Shown: piece by piece, positions 29,440 through 38,900 of the stretch | Numbering within the stretch: position 1 is the stretch's first letter | Layout of the letters: every line of letters starts with the position of its first letter | Source of the DNA: Bacteroidales bacterium | GTDB taxonomy: Bacteria; Bacteroidota; Bacteroidia; Bacteroidales; VadinHA17 | NCBI GenBank assembly: GCA_012517605.1 | Contig: JAAYUS010000132.1 | Span: forward strand, 1-63,723 | Direction: 5' to 3' | DNA length: 63,723 bases | Notes under the pieces: model-generated | What the model was told of the DNA's origin: nothing | Database searches by the model: none | The model's input: the letters and a program-made list of their open reading frames with translations, nothing else | Made by a program: the position numbers and the translations under genes

Positions 29440-31464
29440 CAGGGCTTCATCAATAACAGAATCATCGGCCGCAAATGGCACCGTGACCTTAAGCCCGGGT
29501 GTCCGTTCCATCTCCCTGCCGAGGGTAAACATGGCGCCAGGGTTGCCGGCCCAGCTCCGGCGGGCTATGCCGTTATTTACATCCCAGTGAAGCATCATCC
29601 TCAGTTTCCGCTCAGTGTCCTGCCTGCCATCGAGAACCATTCCGAAGCCTCCGTTTATGACTTCCCCCCATCCCACTCCGCCGCCATTATGCAATGATAC
29701 CCACGTTGCACCCCGGAATGAATCGCCAATGACATTATGAACCGCCATGTCGGCAGTGAATTTCGATCCGTCGCGGATATTTGATGTCTCCCTGTATGGA
29801 GAGTCGGTACCCGACACATCATGATGATCCCGTCCGATAACAACAGGCGCAGAGATTCTTCCATCCCTTATGGCAGTGTTAAAAGCGCCTGCTATCTCAG
29901 CCCTTCCTTCAGCATCGGCATACAGGATACGCGCCTGTGATCCGACAACAAGCTTATTCCGGCCGGCTTCCATTATCCAGCGGATGTTATCCGACATCTG
30001 CTGAATTATTTCCGGAGGCGAGGTTTTAATGAGTTTTTCGAGGATTTCAACAGCAATCCTGTCTGTAGTTTCAAGGTCGGCCGGCGAATTCGAACAGCAT
30101 ACCCAGCGGAATGGACCAAATCCATAGTCAAAACACATTGGGCCCATTATGTCCTGTACATATGAAGGATATCTGAATTCACCCGAGGGATCAAGGATAT
30201 CTGCTCCGGCCCTTGATGCTTCCAGAAGGAAGGCATTGCCATAATCAAAGAAATATGTGCCTCTCTCACTGTGGTGGTTTATAGCCTTTACCTGCCGGCG
30301 CAGAGACTCCCTTACAAGGTCCCTGAATTTTTCAGGATCTGATGAGATAAGCCTGTTGGATTCCTCAAAGGAAACGCCTGCGGGATAATATCCTCCCGCC
30401 CAGGGATTATGAAGGGAGGTCTGGTCCGATCCAATATCAACCTTTATATTGTTTTGGGCAAGGTATTCCCAGAGATCCACAATATTTCCCGGGAAGGCAA
30501 AGGATCGTGGCCTGTGGGATCTCTTTGCCTCAAGGATTTTTTCAGCAAGGCGGCCCTTATCGCTTATAACCTCATCGACCCATCCCTGGGAATAACGTGT
30601 CTGGACGGCCTTCGGATTCACTTCCGCTATCACTGAGATGACTCCGGCAATGCCGGCGGCCTTTGGCTGGGCTCCCGACATCCCGCCAAGGCCGGAAGAA
30701 ACAAATAGCTTTAGTTCGTTTTTATCATTATCATTCTTTATCTTCCTGCATGCATTAAGGATAGTGATGGTGGTCCCGTGCACTATACCCTGGGGTCCGA
30801 TATACATGTATGAACCTGCCGTCATCTGACCATACTGGGATACACCGAGGGCATTGAACTTCTCCCAGTGATCCTGTGACGAATAATTCGGTATCACCAT
30901 TCCGTTTGTCACCACCAGGCGGGGAGCATCGCTATGGGAGGGAAAAAGGCCGAGAGGATGACCGGAATAGACAACAAGGGTCTGTTCATCAGTCATTTCG
31001 GAAAGATACTTCATTGTAAGCCTGTATTGCGCCCAGTTCTGGAAGACGGCACCATTGCCCCCATATGTAATAAGTTCGTGAGGATGCTGCGCAACTGCAT
31101 TGTCGAGATTGTTGGAGATCATCAGCATTATAGCCGCGGCATGGACAGATCTGTGCGGAAAATCATCAAGGTGACGTGCCTTTATTTCATAATCAGGCCT
31201 GAACCTGTACATATAGATCCTGCCTCTTTCCCTAAGTTCTTCTGCAAACTCCCTTGAGAGGGTCTTGTGAAGAGAGACCGGAAAATATCGAAGTGCATTT
31301 TTCAATGCAAGCTTTTTCTCAGCAGCATTCAGGATGTCCTTTCTTTTCGGCGCATGATTAATATTGTGATCATATGGTTTCGGATCCGGAAGATAATCCG
31401 GAATACCCTCAGCCACCTGCATTTTGAAATCATCTGCAGACATATAGGAACTTTTTGGTTGCAT
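29416..31464 (-). CDS. hutU: Urocanate hydratase
   Basis: Long-form HutU: NHAPKRK, GLGGMSGAQPKA, and throughout. The ORF extends to 31524, but a terminator at 31477-31509 lies inside that extension. The start is therefore at 31464 (MQPK) or 31443 (MSADDF). The 3' end overlaps ispF by 24 nt (convergent). Confidence 0.9.
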   Translation of the reverse strand: MQPKSSYMSADDFKMQVAEGIPDYLPDPKPYDHNINHAPKRKDILNAAEKKLALKNALRYFPVSLHKTLSREFAEELRERGRIYMYRFRPDYEIKARHLDDFPHRSVHAAAIMLMISNNLDNAVAQHPHELITYGGNGAVFQNWAQYRLTMKYLSEMTDEQTLVVYSGHPLGLFPSHSDAPRLVVTNGMVIPNYSSQDHWEKFNALGVSQYGQMTAGSYMYIGPQGIVHGTTITILNACRKIKNDNDKNELKLFVSSGLGGMSGAQPKAAGIAGVISVIAEVNPKAVQTRYSQGWVDEVISDKGRLAEKILEAKRSHRPRSFAFPGNIVDLWEYLAQNNIKVDIGSDQTSLHNPWAGGYYPAGVSFEESNRLISSDPEKFRDLVRESLRRQVKAINHHSERGTYFFDYGNAFLLEASRAGADILDPSGEFRYPSYVQDIMGPMCFDYGFGPFRWVCCSNSPADLETTDRIAVEILEKLIKTSPPEIIQQMSDNIRWIMEAGRNKLVVGSQARILYADAEGRAEIAGAFNTAIRDGRISAPVVIGRDHHDVSGTDSPYRETSNIRDGSKFTADMAVHNVIGDSFRGATWVSLHNGGGVGWGEVINGGFGMVLDGRQDTERKLRMMLHWDVNNGIARRSWAGNPGAMFTLGREMERTPGLKVTVPFAADDSVIDEALSDQTGNS

Positions 31465-31476
31465 CTGTAAAGTTAG

Positions 31477-31509
31477 AAAAAAAAAGAGGGTGTCGTCTGA
31501 GACACCCTC
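31477..31509 (-). terminator. Rho-independent terminator of the Nif3/Zn-ribbon operon
   Basis: Perfect 9-bp stem GAGGGTGTC/GACACCCTC with a 6-nt loop, followed on the minus strand by T9. Confidence 0.75.
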
Positions 31510-31528
31510 GTCATTTGATATCATAAAG

Positions 31529-32293
31529 CTACAGATGACTTTCGTTGATTATTTCGTCATCCACAAGGATGCGTCCGCAATATTCACAGACTATGATTTT
31601 CTTGCGCGATCTGATGTCGAGCTGGCGCTGTGGCGGGATCTGGTTGAAGCAACCGCCGCAGGCATCACGCTGGACGGGTACGACGGCAAGGCCGTTTCTT
31701 GCATTCGATCTGATCCTTTTATATGCTGTCAGAAGCCTGTCTTCAATCAATCCCTGGATCTTCTCAGATTTGTTGTACAAACCTTCCTCCTCTTTCTGAG
31801 TGTCGGATATGATCTCATCAAGTTCGGCCTTTTTGTTTTCGAGGTCGGTTTTACGGTCGGCAAGAGTGGCTTCCGAATCATTTATCAGAGTTTTCTTTTC
31901 GTCAATCTGTGCAGTAAACTCTTTAATCTTCTTATTGAAAAGTTCGATTTCAAGATTCTGGAATTCTATCTCTTTCGACAATGAGTCAAATTCCCTGTTG
32001 TTCCTGACATTTTTCTGCTGTTCTTCATACTTTTTAATAAGAGCCTCAGCATCTGTGATTTCGTTGTTCTTTTTCGAAACAGCTTTCTCAAGGTTCACCA
32101 CCTCTTCCCTAAGGTTTCCAAGCCTTGTCTCGAGTCCGGCAATTTCATCCTCAAGATCCTGTACTTCAAGAGGCAGCTCGCCCCTTAGTGTTTTGATCTT
32201 GTCTATTTCCGAATCAACCAGTTGAAGACTATATAGAGCTCTAAGTCTTTCCTCGACGGAAATCTCAGTTTCGTGTGATTTTGCTTTTTCCAT
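31529..32293 (-). CDS. Coiled-coil C4 zinc-ribbon protein (COG1579 type)
   Basis: Long heptad-rich region. C-terminal CGGC...(N17)...CEYCGRIL. The classical partner of Nif3, which lies 1 nt upstream. Confidence 0.8.
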   Translation of the reverse strand: MEKAKSHETEISVEERLRALYSLQLVDSEIDKIKTLRGELPLEVQDLEDEIAGLETRLGNLREEVVNLEKAVSKKNNEITDAEALIKKYEEQQKNVRNNREFDSLSKEIEFQNLEIELFNKKIKEFTAQIDEKKTLINDSEATLADRKTDLENKKAELDEIISDTQKEEEGLYNKSEKIQGLIEDRLLTAYKRIRSNARNGLAVVPVQRDACGGCFNQIPPQRQLDIRSRKKIIVCEYCGRILVDDEIINESHL

Positions 32294-32294
32294 T

Positions 32295-33389
32295 TTAAAG
32301 ATAATTTATCGGATTGGTATTTGTTTCTGAAAACCGGACTGCAAAGTTAGGGAATTTTTTTACAATTAGATCGTATAAAATCTCCACAGAGAATTTTTCA
32401 GTCTCATAATGGCCGCAATCCACAAGTAAGAGCCGGTTATCAGGTTCAAAAAAAGCATGGTATTTAATGTCACCTGTCACAAAGGCATCGGCTCCGCTTT
32501 TGACAGCATCGTTCAGAAGGGATGCACCGGAACCTCCGCACAGTGCCACTTTTTTCACAGGTCTGCCTGTAAGCTTTGAATAACGGATACCTTCAGCTCC
32601 GAAAACCGACTTCAGCTTATTAAGGAAAACGATTTCGTCAACAGCTTCTGGTAACTCTCCTATACATCCCAAACCTGAATCTATATTATCATTATCAAGG
32701 GCATAGATGTCATATGCCACCTCTTCATAGGGATGAGCGCCTAAAAGCGCCTTTATTACCCTGTCTTTCAGATGCGTATAGAGAACTGTCTCAAATCTTG
32801 TCTCCTTCTCAAAATGCAATATCCCTTTCTTTCCCGCAAATGGTTTTGTATTTTCGCCTCCGCGGAAGCTTCCTGTTCCCTCCGCGGTAAAACCGCAAAG
32901 ATCATAATTCCCCGTCACCCCGGCTCCGGCATTGAATATTGCATTCCTCACCCTGTCGAGATGTTCTTCAGGAACAAAAGTAACGAGTTTCAGCAATTTG
33001 TTTTTAAGTGTACGCAAAACACTAATATTCTCCAAACCCAGCTTCTGAGCCATCTTACGGCTTACCCCGTTACTTACCATATCGAGGTTTGTATGTGCAG
33101 AATAAACTGCAATATTATTCCTGACGGAATCCATAATTATCCTTTCAGTGGAAGAACGTCCGGTTATTTTTCGTATACCGCTGAAGATAAGCGGATGATG
33201 CGACAGGATCAGGTCCGATCCGGTTCGGATGGCCTCTTCCACCACAGCCTCAGTGACATCAAGTGCAATAAGAGTCGAGTTTATCTCCATGTCAGGATTG
33301 CCGACCTGGAGCCCCGAGTTGTCCCATTCTTCCTGGAACGACAGGGGAACTGAAGAATCAAGAAATGTGCTAAGTTCTGAAAGTTTCAT
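32295..33389 (-). CDS. Nif3-family dinuclear metal centre protein (GTP cyclohydrolase I type 2 homologue)
   Basis: SHHPLIF, HTNLD, and a C-terminal GHYETE motif with a PII-like insert. 364 aa. Confidence 0.85.
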   Translation of the reverse strand: MKLSELSTFLDSSVPLSFQEEWDNSGLQVGNPDMEINSTLIALDVTEAVVEEAIRTGSDLILSHHPLIFSGIRKITGRSSTERIIMDSVRNNIAVYSAHTNLDMVSNGVSRKMAQKLGLENISVLRTLKNKLLKLVTFVPEEHLDRVRNAIFNAGAGVTGNYDLCGFTAEGTGSFRGGENTKPFAGKKGILHFEKETRFETVLYTHLKDRVIKALLGAHPYEEVAYDIYALDNDNIDSGLGCIGELPEAVDEIVFLNKLKSVFGAEGIRYSKLTGRPVKKVALCGGSGASLLNDAVKSGADAFVTGDIKYHAFFEPDNRLLLVDCGHYETEKFSVEILYDLIVKKFPNFAVRFSETNTNPINYL

Positions 33390-33422
33390 TCGGGAGTAAG
33401 TATGTTCTGAGCAGCAACGATT

Positions 33423-33758
33423 TCACATGCTGTCTCTTAGTTCCAAAAGAAGGTCCTTTATTTTATTTAATGATTCGGTGATCTCATATTTATGGTTTGC
33501 TTCATCCCATTTCCCGGATAATTTCTTTTTAACCCCTGCTATAGTCATTCCTTCTTCCTTCAGAAGTTTATGAATTATCTCAAGGTTTCTGACATCATTT
33601 GCAGTGAACATCCGGTTTCCCTTTTTATTCTTCATTGGCCGGAGAATGTCGAATTCATTCTCCCAGAACCTTACTGTCGAGACTGGCACGTCAAGCATTT
33701 TTGAGACCTCTCCTATCGAATAATAGAGCTTCTCAATTTTCTTTTCCTTATATGGCAT
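33423..33758 (-). CDS. MerR-family transcriptional regulator
   Basis: HTH YYSIGEVSKMLDVPVSTVRFWENEF. The ORF-track start at 33833 is TTG and would overlap the upstream gene, so the ATG at 33758 is preferred. Confidence 0.8.
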   Translation of the reverse strand: MPYKEKKIEKLYYSIGEVSKMLDVPVSTVRFWENEFDILRPMKNKKGNRMFTANDVRNLEIIHKLLKEEGMTIAGVKKKLSGKWDEANHKYEITESLNKIKDLLLELRDSM

Positions 33759-33825
33759 TTTTCGTGTGTAATATTTTTGGAGGTGAAATAAAGAGCCGAC
33801 CGGCAGATCAACAGCAATCTGTGGC

Positions 33826-34800
33826 TTAATCAAACGACTGACCAGTCCGTGAAGCTATTTCGATCATTTCTTCATATTCCCCTGGTGTAAGGTCGTTAAA
33901 GAAGAAGTTCACAGGATCGACGTTCGAACCGTTCATTTTTATCTCATAATGGAGATGAGGGGCAACCGACATTCCTGTATTTCCCACAAAGCCTATAACA
34001 TCGCCTCTGCCGACTTTCTGTCCCTGCTTTACATTAAAGCTGTCGAGATGGGCATAGATTGACTGATATCCGAATCCGTGATTTATTACTATATAATTGC
34101 CCATACCTCTTTTGCCCGATTGAACAGTTTCTATTGTACCATCACCCGAGGCATAAACTTCTGTCCCAAGAGGGGCCGTAAAATCCATCCCTGCATGAAA
34201 CTTGCTTATCTTGTAATAAGGGTGTATCCTGAGTCCGTAACCCGATGCAATACGCGTAAGATCTTTTGCCGAGATCGGAATTATGGCCGGAATGGATCTC
34301 AGCATGTTCTCCTTTTCAGTGGCCAGGGCAATAAGTTCATCAAAGGATTTCGACTGAATGTAGACCTTCTTTCTTATGGCATCGAGCCGTTTTGCTGTTT
34401 CGATAACGATCTTTGAGTTATTGTATCCTTCAAGTTCGTTATACCTGTTGACACCACCGATACCTGCCTGCCTCTGAGTTGCCTGAATAGGTTCGGCGCC
34501 AAAGATTGAACGGTAAAGGTTATCGTCGGTTTCCTGCAGGTGTTCAATAACTTTCTCAAGATTTCCCATTTCCCTGTGAACAAGGTCATATTGCAAAGTC
34601 AACTGGGCGATCTCGCGTTTGAGGGCTTTTTCCTTTGGACTGTCGAAAAACAGGCCAAAAATAAAATTGAAGACTACGGCAATAATAACAGACCCTACAA
34701 TAAATGCAAGGGCTCTGAGAAGAAGTGATTTTACCCCGAGACGGATCTTGTCAAAGCTCAGGGATTCAGGATTGAACTTGTATTTAGCTTTTTTGGCCAT
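33826..34800 (-). CDS. M23-family peptidoglycan metalloendopeptidase (membrane anchor + coiled coil)
   Basis: N-terminal TM. HAGMDF (HxxxD), GNTGMSVAPHLHYEI (HxH). Confidence 0.85.
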   Translation of the reverse strand: MAKKAKYKFNPESLSFDKIRLGVKSLLLRALAFIVGSVIIAVVFNFIFGLFFDSPKEKALKREIAQLTLQYDLVHREMGNLEKVIEHLQETDDNLYRSIFGAEPIQATQRQAGIGGVNRYNELEGYNNSKIVIETAKRLDAIRKKVYIQSKSFDELIALATEKENMLRSIPAIIPISAKDLTRIASGYGLRIHPYYKISKFHAGMDFTAPLGTEVYASGDGTIETVQSGKRGMGNYIVINHGFGYQSIYAHLDSFNVKQGQKVGRGDVIGFVGNTGMSVAPHLHYEIKMNGSNVDPVNFFFNDLTPGEYEEMIEIASRTGQSFD

Positions 34801-34885
34801 TACCGCGCAAAGATAATTATTTCACTCCATAAATGAAATATCACCTGTAAAGTCTTATGGCAATTTGAAACGGACAGCTGCGATC

Positions 34886-35848
34886 CTACCTGTATTTTGA
34901 ACGGGCTGAAAGGGTCTGGATCATTTCAAAATACTCGTCCTCCGTAAGATCGTTGTTGAAGAAGTAAAGAGGATTCTTATACTGGCCGTACAGGTCTATC
35001 TGGTAGTGCAGATGAGGTCCCGTGGATGTTCCGGTGCTTCCGGTCAATCCTATAAGATCTCCACGCTTCACATTCTGCCCGACCGTTACCTTCATATTGC
35101 TGAGGTGACCGTAAGCAGACTGATAACCATATCCATGGTCAATCACTATGCAATTGCCAAGCCCTCCTTTCCAGCCGGCTTCTATCACCTTGCCTGAGCC
35201 TGTCGCAAAAACCTGTGTACCGTAAGGAGTACTGAAATCCTGACCGTGATGCCATTGCGGAGTGCCAAGCACAGGATGCTTTTCCCTGAGTTTTACTCCG
35301 TCGCCGAGGCGGTATATTACGTTAACCGGGCTTATCATTGGAAGATATTCCAATTCCCTCTCCCATTCATTTTTCTTTTCCTCAACCGACTTGAATGATT
35401 CGTACTGAACGGTTGTCATGTTCTTTATCTCATCAACCTTTTTACGCATGGAAATCAACAGCATGGAATTATTGTAACCTTCAAGTTCATCATACCTGTC
35501 GGTGCCGCCATAACCCATCTTCCTCACCGATGAAGGAATTGAATCCATCTCAAGCACAGGCCTGTATCGGTGTTCATCAGATAATTTAAGATCATTGAGT
35601 ATTTTAAGTGAATTATCCATGCTCATCCCCAGAAGGGAGAATTTAAGCTTGAGGTTTTCAATATCCTGAACAAGCATTCTTTCTTTGGAAGAACCGAAAA
35701 GATCACTGAATACAGTTGTATAGAAAATTGTTACAGCAACCGAGGCCAGAAACCAAAGAAAAAACCTGAAAAGTTTGCTTTTCAGCGGCAGCTTTACCTG
35801 CTTGAACTGAAGATCCGTAAGATCCAGAAAATATTTCTTCTTAAACAT
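34886..35848 (-). CDS. M23-family peptidoglycan metalloendopeptidase, paralog of 33826-34800
   Basis: Same architecture: HHGQDF, GSTGTSTGPHLHYQI. Confidence 0.85.
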   Translation of the reverse strand: MFKKKYFLDLTDLQFKQVKLPLKSKLFRFFLWFLASVAVTIFYTTVFSDLFGSSKERMLVQDIENLKLKFSLLGMSMDNSLKILNDLKLSDEHRYRPVLEMDSIPSSVRKMGYGGTDRYDELEGYNNSMLLISMRKKVDEIKNMTTVQYESFKSVEEKKNEWERELEYLPMISPVNVIYRLGDGVKLREKHPVLGTPQWHHGQDFSTPYGTQVFATGSGKVIEAGWKGGLGNCIVIDHGYGYQSAYGHLSNMKVTVGQNVKRGDLIGLTGSTGTSTGPHLHYQIDLYGQYKNPLYFFNNDLTEDEYFEMIQTLSARSKYR

Positions 35849-35942
35849 CAGGGAATCCTGTTTTTTTCTCCGGGAGTGACAAATCTAAAACAATTAAATT
35901 AATTTTACAAACTCAAATTTAAGCTACTTATTGTAAAATTAT

Positions 35943-38588
35943 ATGTTTTTATCACTTAAGTCGTACGAGTTAAGGCAGTTGTTTTTTGATTTTTTCCGGT
36001 CAAAAGGTCATTTGATAGTGCCTTCAGCCCCCATGGTAACAAAAAATGATCCTACCCTTATGTTCACAAATGCCGGGATGAACCAGTTCAAGGATATATT
36101 TCTCGGTAACCGGCAGCCTTCCGACCGCCGGGTTGCCAATTCACAAAAATGCCTCAGGGTGTCGGGAAAACATAATGATCTCGAGGAAGTAGGTCTTGAC
36201 ACTTATCATCACACTATGTTTGAGATGCTTGGCAACTGGTCATTCGGCGACTATTTTAAAAAAGAAGCAATTGAATGGGCCTGGGAATTCCTTAACGGGA
36301 AGCTGGGCATACCTGAAGACCGGCTTTATGCAACTATATTTGAGGGCAGTCCTGAAGAAAATGTACCAAGAGACAATGAAGCTGCGGAATGCTGGAACAG
36401 GATGTTCAGTGATCCCCGCGGCAGGATCATCGAGGGATCAAAAAAGGATAATTTCTGGGAAATGGGTGATACGGGTCCTTGCGGCCCCTGCTCCGAGATT
36501 CACGTTGACATAAGGGATGACAGCGAAAGGGAAAAGATCCCCGGACATACTCTTGTAAACAAAGGACATCCCCACGTAATTGAAATTTGGAATCTTGTCT
36601 TCATCCAGTATAACCGCCTTTCAAACGGAAGTCTCGAGCAGCTTCCTGCAAAGCATGTTGATACAGGTATGGGATTCGAAAGGCTGTGCATGGTGGTTCA
36701 GGGCACAAAATCGAATTATGATACTGATATCTTCCAGGCAATAATAAGGGAGATATCTGTTGTTTCGGGCAGGAAGTATGGAGAAAGGGAAAACCAGGAT
36801 GTTGCCCTGAGGGTAATAGCCGATCATATCAGGGCAATCGCATTTTCGATAGCCGATGGCCAGCTTCCATCAAACAACAGGGCCGGATATGTGATCCGCA
36901 GAATACTCCGCAGGGCCGTCAGGTATGGATATAACAACCTTGGGATGGAAGAACCGTTCCTTTACAGGCTTGTCCCTGTTCTTGCTGATGTAATGGGAGA
37001 TACCTACCCCGAACTTCGTTCCCGCAAGGATCATATTGTTAAGGTAATTCATGAGGAGGAAACTTCATTTCTCAATACCCTGGGCAAAGGTCTGAAACTC
37101 ATCGAAAGAAAGATCGATGAACTCAGGAATGAAGGCACTGTTGTCCTTCCCGGAAAAGCAGCATTTGAGCTTTACGACACTTACGGCTTTCCTCTCGATC
37201 TCACCCAGCTGATCCTTAAGGAAAAAGGGCTGTCAACTGATACTGAAGGCTTTGAAAGGGAAATGACTTACCAGAAAGACCGTTCAAGGGAGGATGCGGC
37301 AGTGGAAGCTGGCGACTGGATCATCGTGAGGGAATCCGGCGAAACTGAATTCACCGGATATACTAGAACGGAAGACGATGTCCTCATTACAAAATACCGG
37401 ACAATAAAGCTTAGGGGAAAGGAAAACCTCCAGATTGTCCTCAATAAAACTCCATTCTATGCCGAGTCGGGCGGGCAGTCGGGCGATACCGGTTATCTGG
37501 TTTCGGAAAAGGAAAAAATACTGATTAAAGACACTATCAAAGAGAACACCACTATAATTCATATAGCAGATGGGAAAATTGCCGATCCTGAAGCTGGTTT
37601 CCATGCAGTTATTGATCCTGAAAAGAGACAAATGACAGCAAACAACCACTCGGCAACGCACCTTATTCATTATGCACTCAGGACTGTGCTCGGGAAACAC
37701 GTCGAACAGAAAGGATCGCTTGTCAACGCCGACAGGCTGAGGTTCGATTTCAGTCATTTCAGCAGGCTTACAAAGGAAGAGGTTCAGAAGGTGGAGGCTG
37801 TCGCTAACAATATGGTGAGAAAATGCATTCCTGCCAATGTCCTTGAGGATGTACCCATGAGCAAAGCCCGTGAGATGGGAGCCATGGCGTTGTTCGGCGA
37901 GAAATATGGCGACACTGTAAGAGTTGTTGAATTCGGCGAATCGGTTGAACTCTGCGGAGGAACCCATGTTGCTAATACCGGGAGAATAGGAATAATTAAG
38001 ATCGTATCGGAGGGAGCAATTGCAGCAGGAGTAAGAAGAATTGAGGCTGTAACTGCAGGAAAAGCAGAGGAGTACATAAATGAAAAGCTTTCCTCCCTCG
38101 AGGATATTTCTCTTCTTCTCAAGAGCACCGGAAATGTTAAGGAAAGCGTCGAAAAGCTTATTGCCGAAAACGCTGCGCTCAGGAAAGATATGGAGAAGCT
38201 TCAGATGCAATCGGCTGTTGCGGCTCTAAGGGAGATTGAAGAAAATGCCGTTATGATGGGAAAAATCAGGTTCCTTTCAGGTATCATTGAAGCAGGATCT
38301 GCCGATATGCTTAAAAACATATCCCAGAAAGTAAGAAACAACTCAGACAACAGCGTTCTGGTGCTCGGCGCAGACATCAGCGGAAAGGCAAATCTTGTTG
38401 TGATGGTGTCCGACACCCTTGTAAAAGAAAAGAATATCAATGCAGTAACAATAATAAAGGAGATCTCGGGAGAGATTAACGGAGGAGGCGGCGGACAGCC
38501 CTTCCTTGCTTCAGCAGGCGGTAAAAATCCCGCCGGATTAAAATCTGCAATCCAAAGAGCGGAAAACTACCTGAGGAGTATCATCTGA
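35943..38588 (+). CDS. alaS: Alanine--tRNA ligase
   Basis: 881 aa. Class II core (FTNAGMNQFK), editing-domain motifs HSATHL and CGGTHV, C-terminal DHHA1-like GGGGG. Confidence 0.95.
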   Translation: MFLSLKSYELRQLFFDFFRSKGHLIVPSAPMVTKNDPTLMFTNAGMNQFKDIFLGNRQPSDRRVANSQKCLRVSGKHNDLEEVGLDTYHHTMFEMLGNWSFGDYFKKEAIEWAWEFLNGKLGIPEDRLYATIFEGSPEENVPRDNEAAECWNRMFSDPRGRIIEGSKKDNFWEMGDTGPCGPCSEIHVDIRDDSEREKIPGHTLVNKGHPHVIEIWNLVFIQYNRLSNGSLEQLPAKHVDTGMGFERLCMVVQGTKSNYDTDIFQAIIREISVVSGRKYGERENQDVALRVIADHIRAIAFSIADGQLPSNNRAGYVIRRILRRAVRYGYNNLGMEEPFLYRLVPVLADVMGDTYPELRSRKDHIVKVIHEEETSFLNTLGKGLKLIERKIDELRNEGTVVLPGKAAFELYDTYGFPLDLTQLILKEKGLSTDTEGFEREMTYQKDRSREDAAVEAGDWIIVRESGETEFTGYTRTEDDVLITKYRTIKLRGKENLQIVLNKTPFYAESGGQSGDTGYLVSEKEKILIKDTIKENTTIIHIADGKIADPEAGFHAVIDPEKRQMTANNHSATHLIHYALRTVLGKHVEQKGSLVNADRLRFDFSHFSRLTKEEVQKVEAVANNMVRKCIPANVLEDVPMSKAREMGAMALFGEKYGDTVRVVEFGESVELCGGTHVANTGRIGIIKIVSEGAIAAGVRRIEAVTAGKAEEYINEKLSSLEDISLLLKSTGNVKESVEKLIAENAALRKDMEKLQMQSAVAALREIEENAVMMGKIRFLSGIIEAGSADMLKNISQKVRNNSDNSVLVLGADISGKANLVVMVSDTLVKEKNINAVTIIKEISGEINGGGGGQPFLASAGGKNPAGLKSAIQRAENYLRSII

Positions 38589-38900
38589 TGCCTGTTATAA
38601 GTTTTGTAAAAGACTAAAATAAAATCCATAACCACAAAGAGCACAAAGTTTTACGCAAAGAATTATAAGATCTATATTTTCTTTGCGCCCTGAGGTTAAT
38701 CCGGATTTCTGATATTTCCCCTTATCATTGACCCCGGGTCTTTCGCCTCTAATCTCTCCCATTCGAAAATATCAGCATGCAAGCATAAGTATATAATATT
38801 AAATATTAAATATATACATATATATAACAGAATTATTTTTTGCCATGATTTCTTTTGTTCGAAAATTTTATTAGAATTGCGGTTTTAAAAATTTCTGACC

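Noticed and set aside
31465-31524. An N-terminal extension of hutU (MISNDEGVSDDTLFFFLTLQ...).
   Set aside because: The extension contains the strong terminator hairpin + T9 of the upstream operon (31477-31509). It is also not part of the conserved HutU N-terminus.
37284-38210. A 308-aa ORF on the minus strand inside alaS. Similar long shadow ORFs occur at 17377-18054, 13494-14084, 19495-20067, 26731-27348, 7334-7879, 32772-33353, 45074-45574, 51270-51776 and 44245-44655.
   Set aside because: Each is antisense to a gene with unambiguous conserved motifs and has no recognisable motif of its own. These are typical shadow ORFs.
38589-38900. A possible small RNA or mobile remnant in the 312-bp alaS-fadD gap (CACAAAG word repeats, hairpin CGCAAAGAA..TTCTTTGCG, AT-rich ATATA stretch).
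   Set aside because: I see only a 9-bp-stem hairpin and low-complexity sequence. There is no recognisable ncRNA family or coding remnant. It is most simply a terminator plus an AT-rich promoter region.
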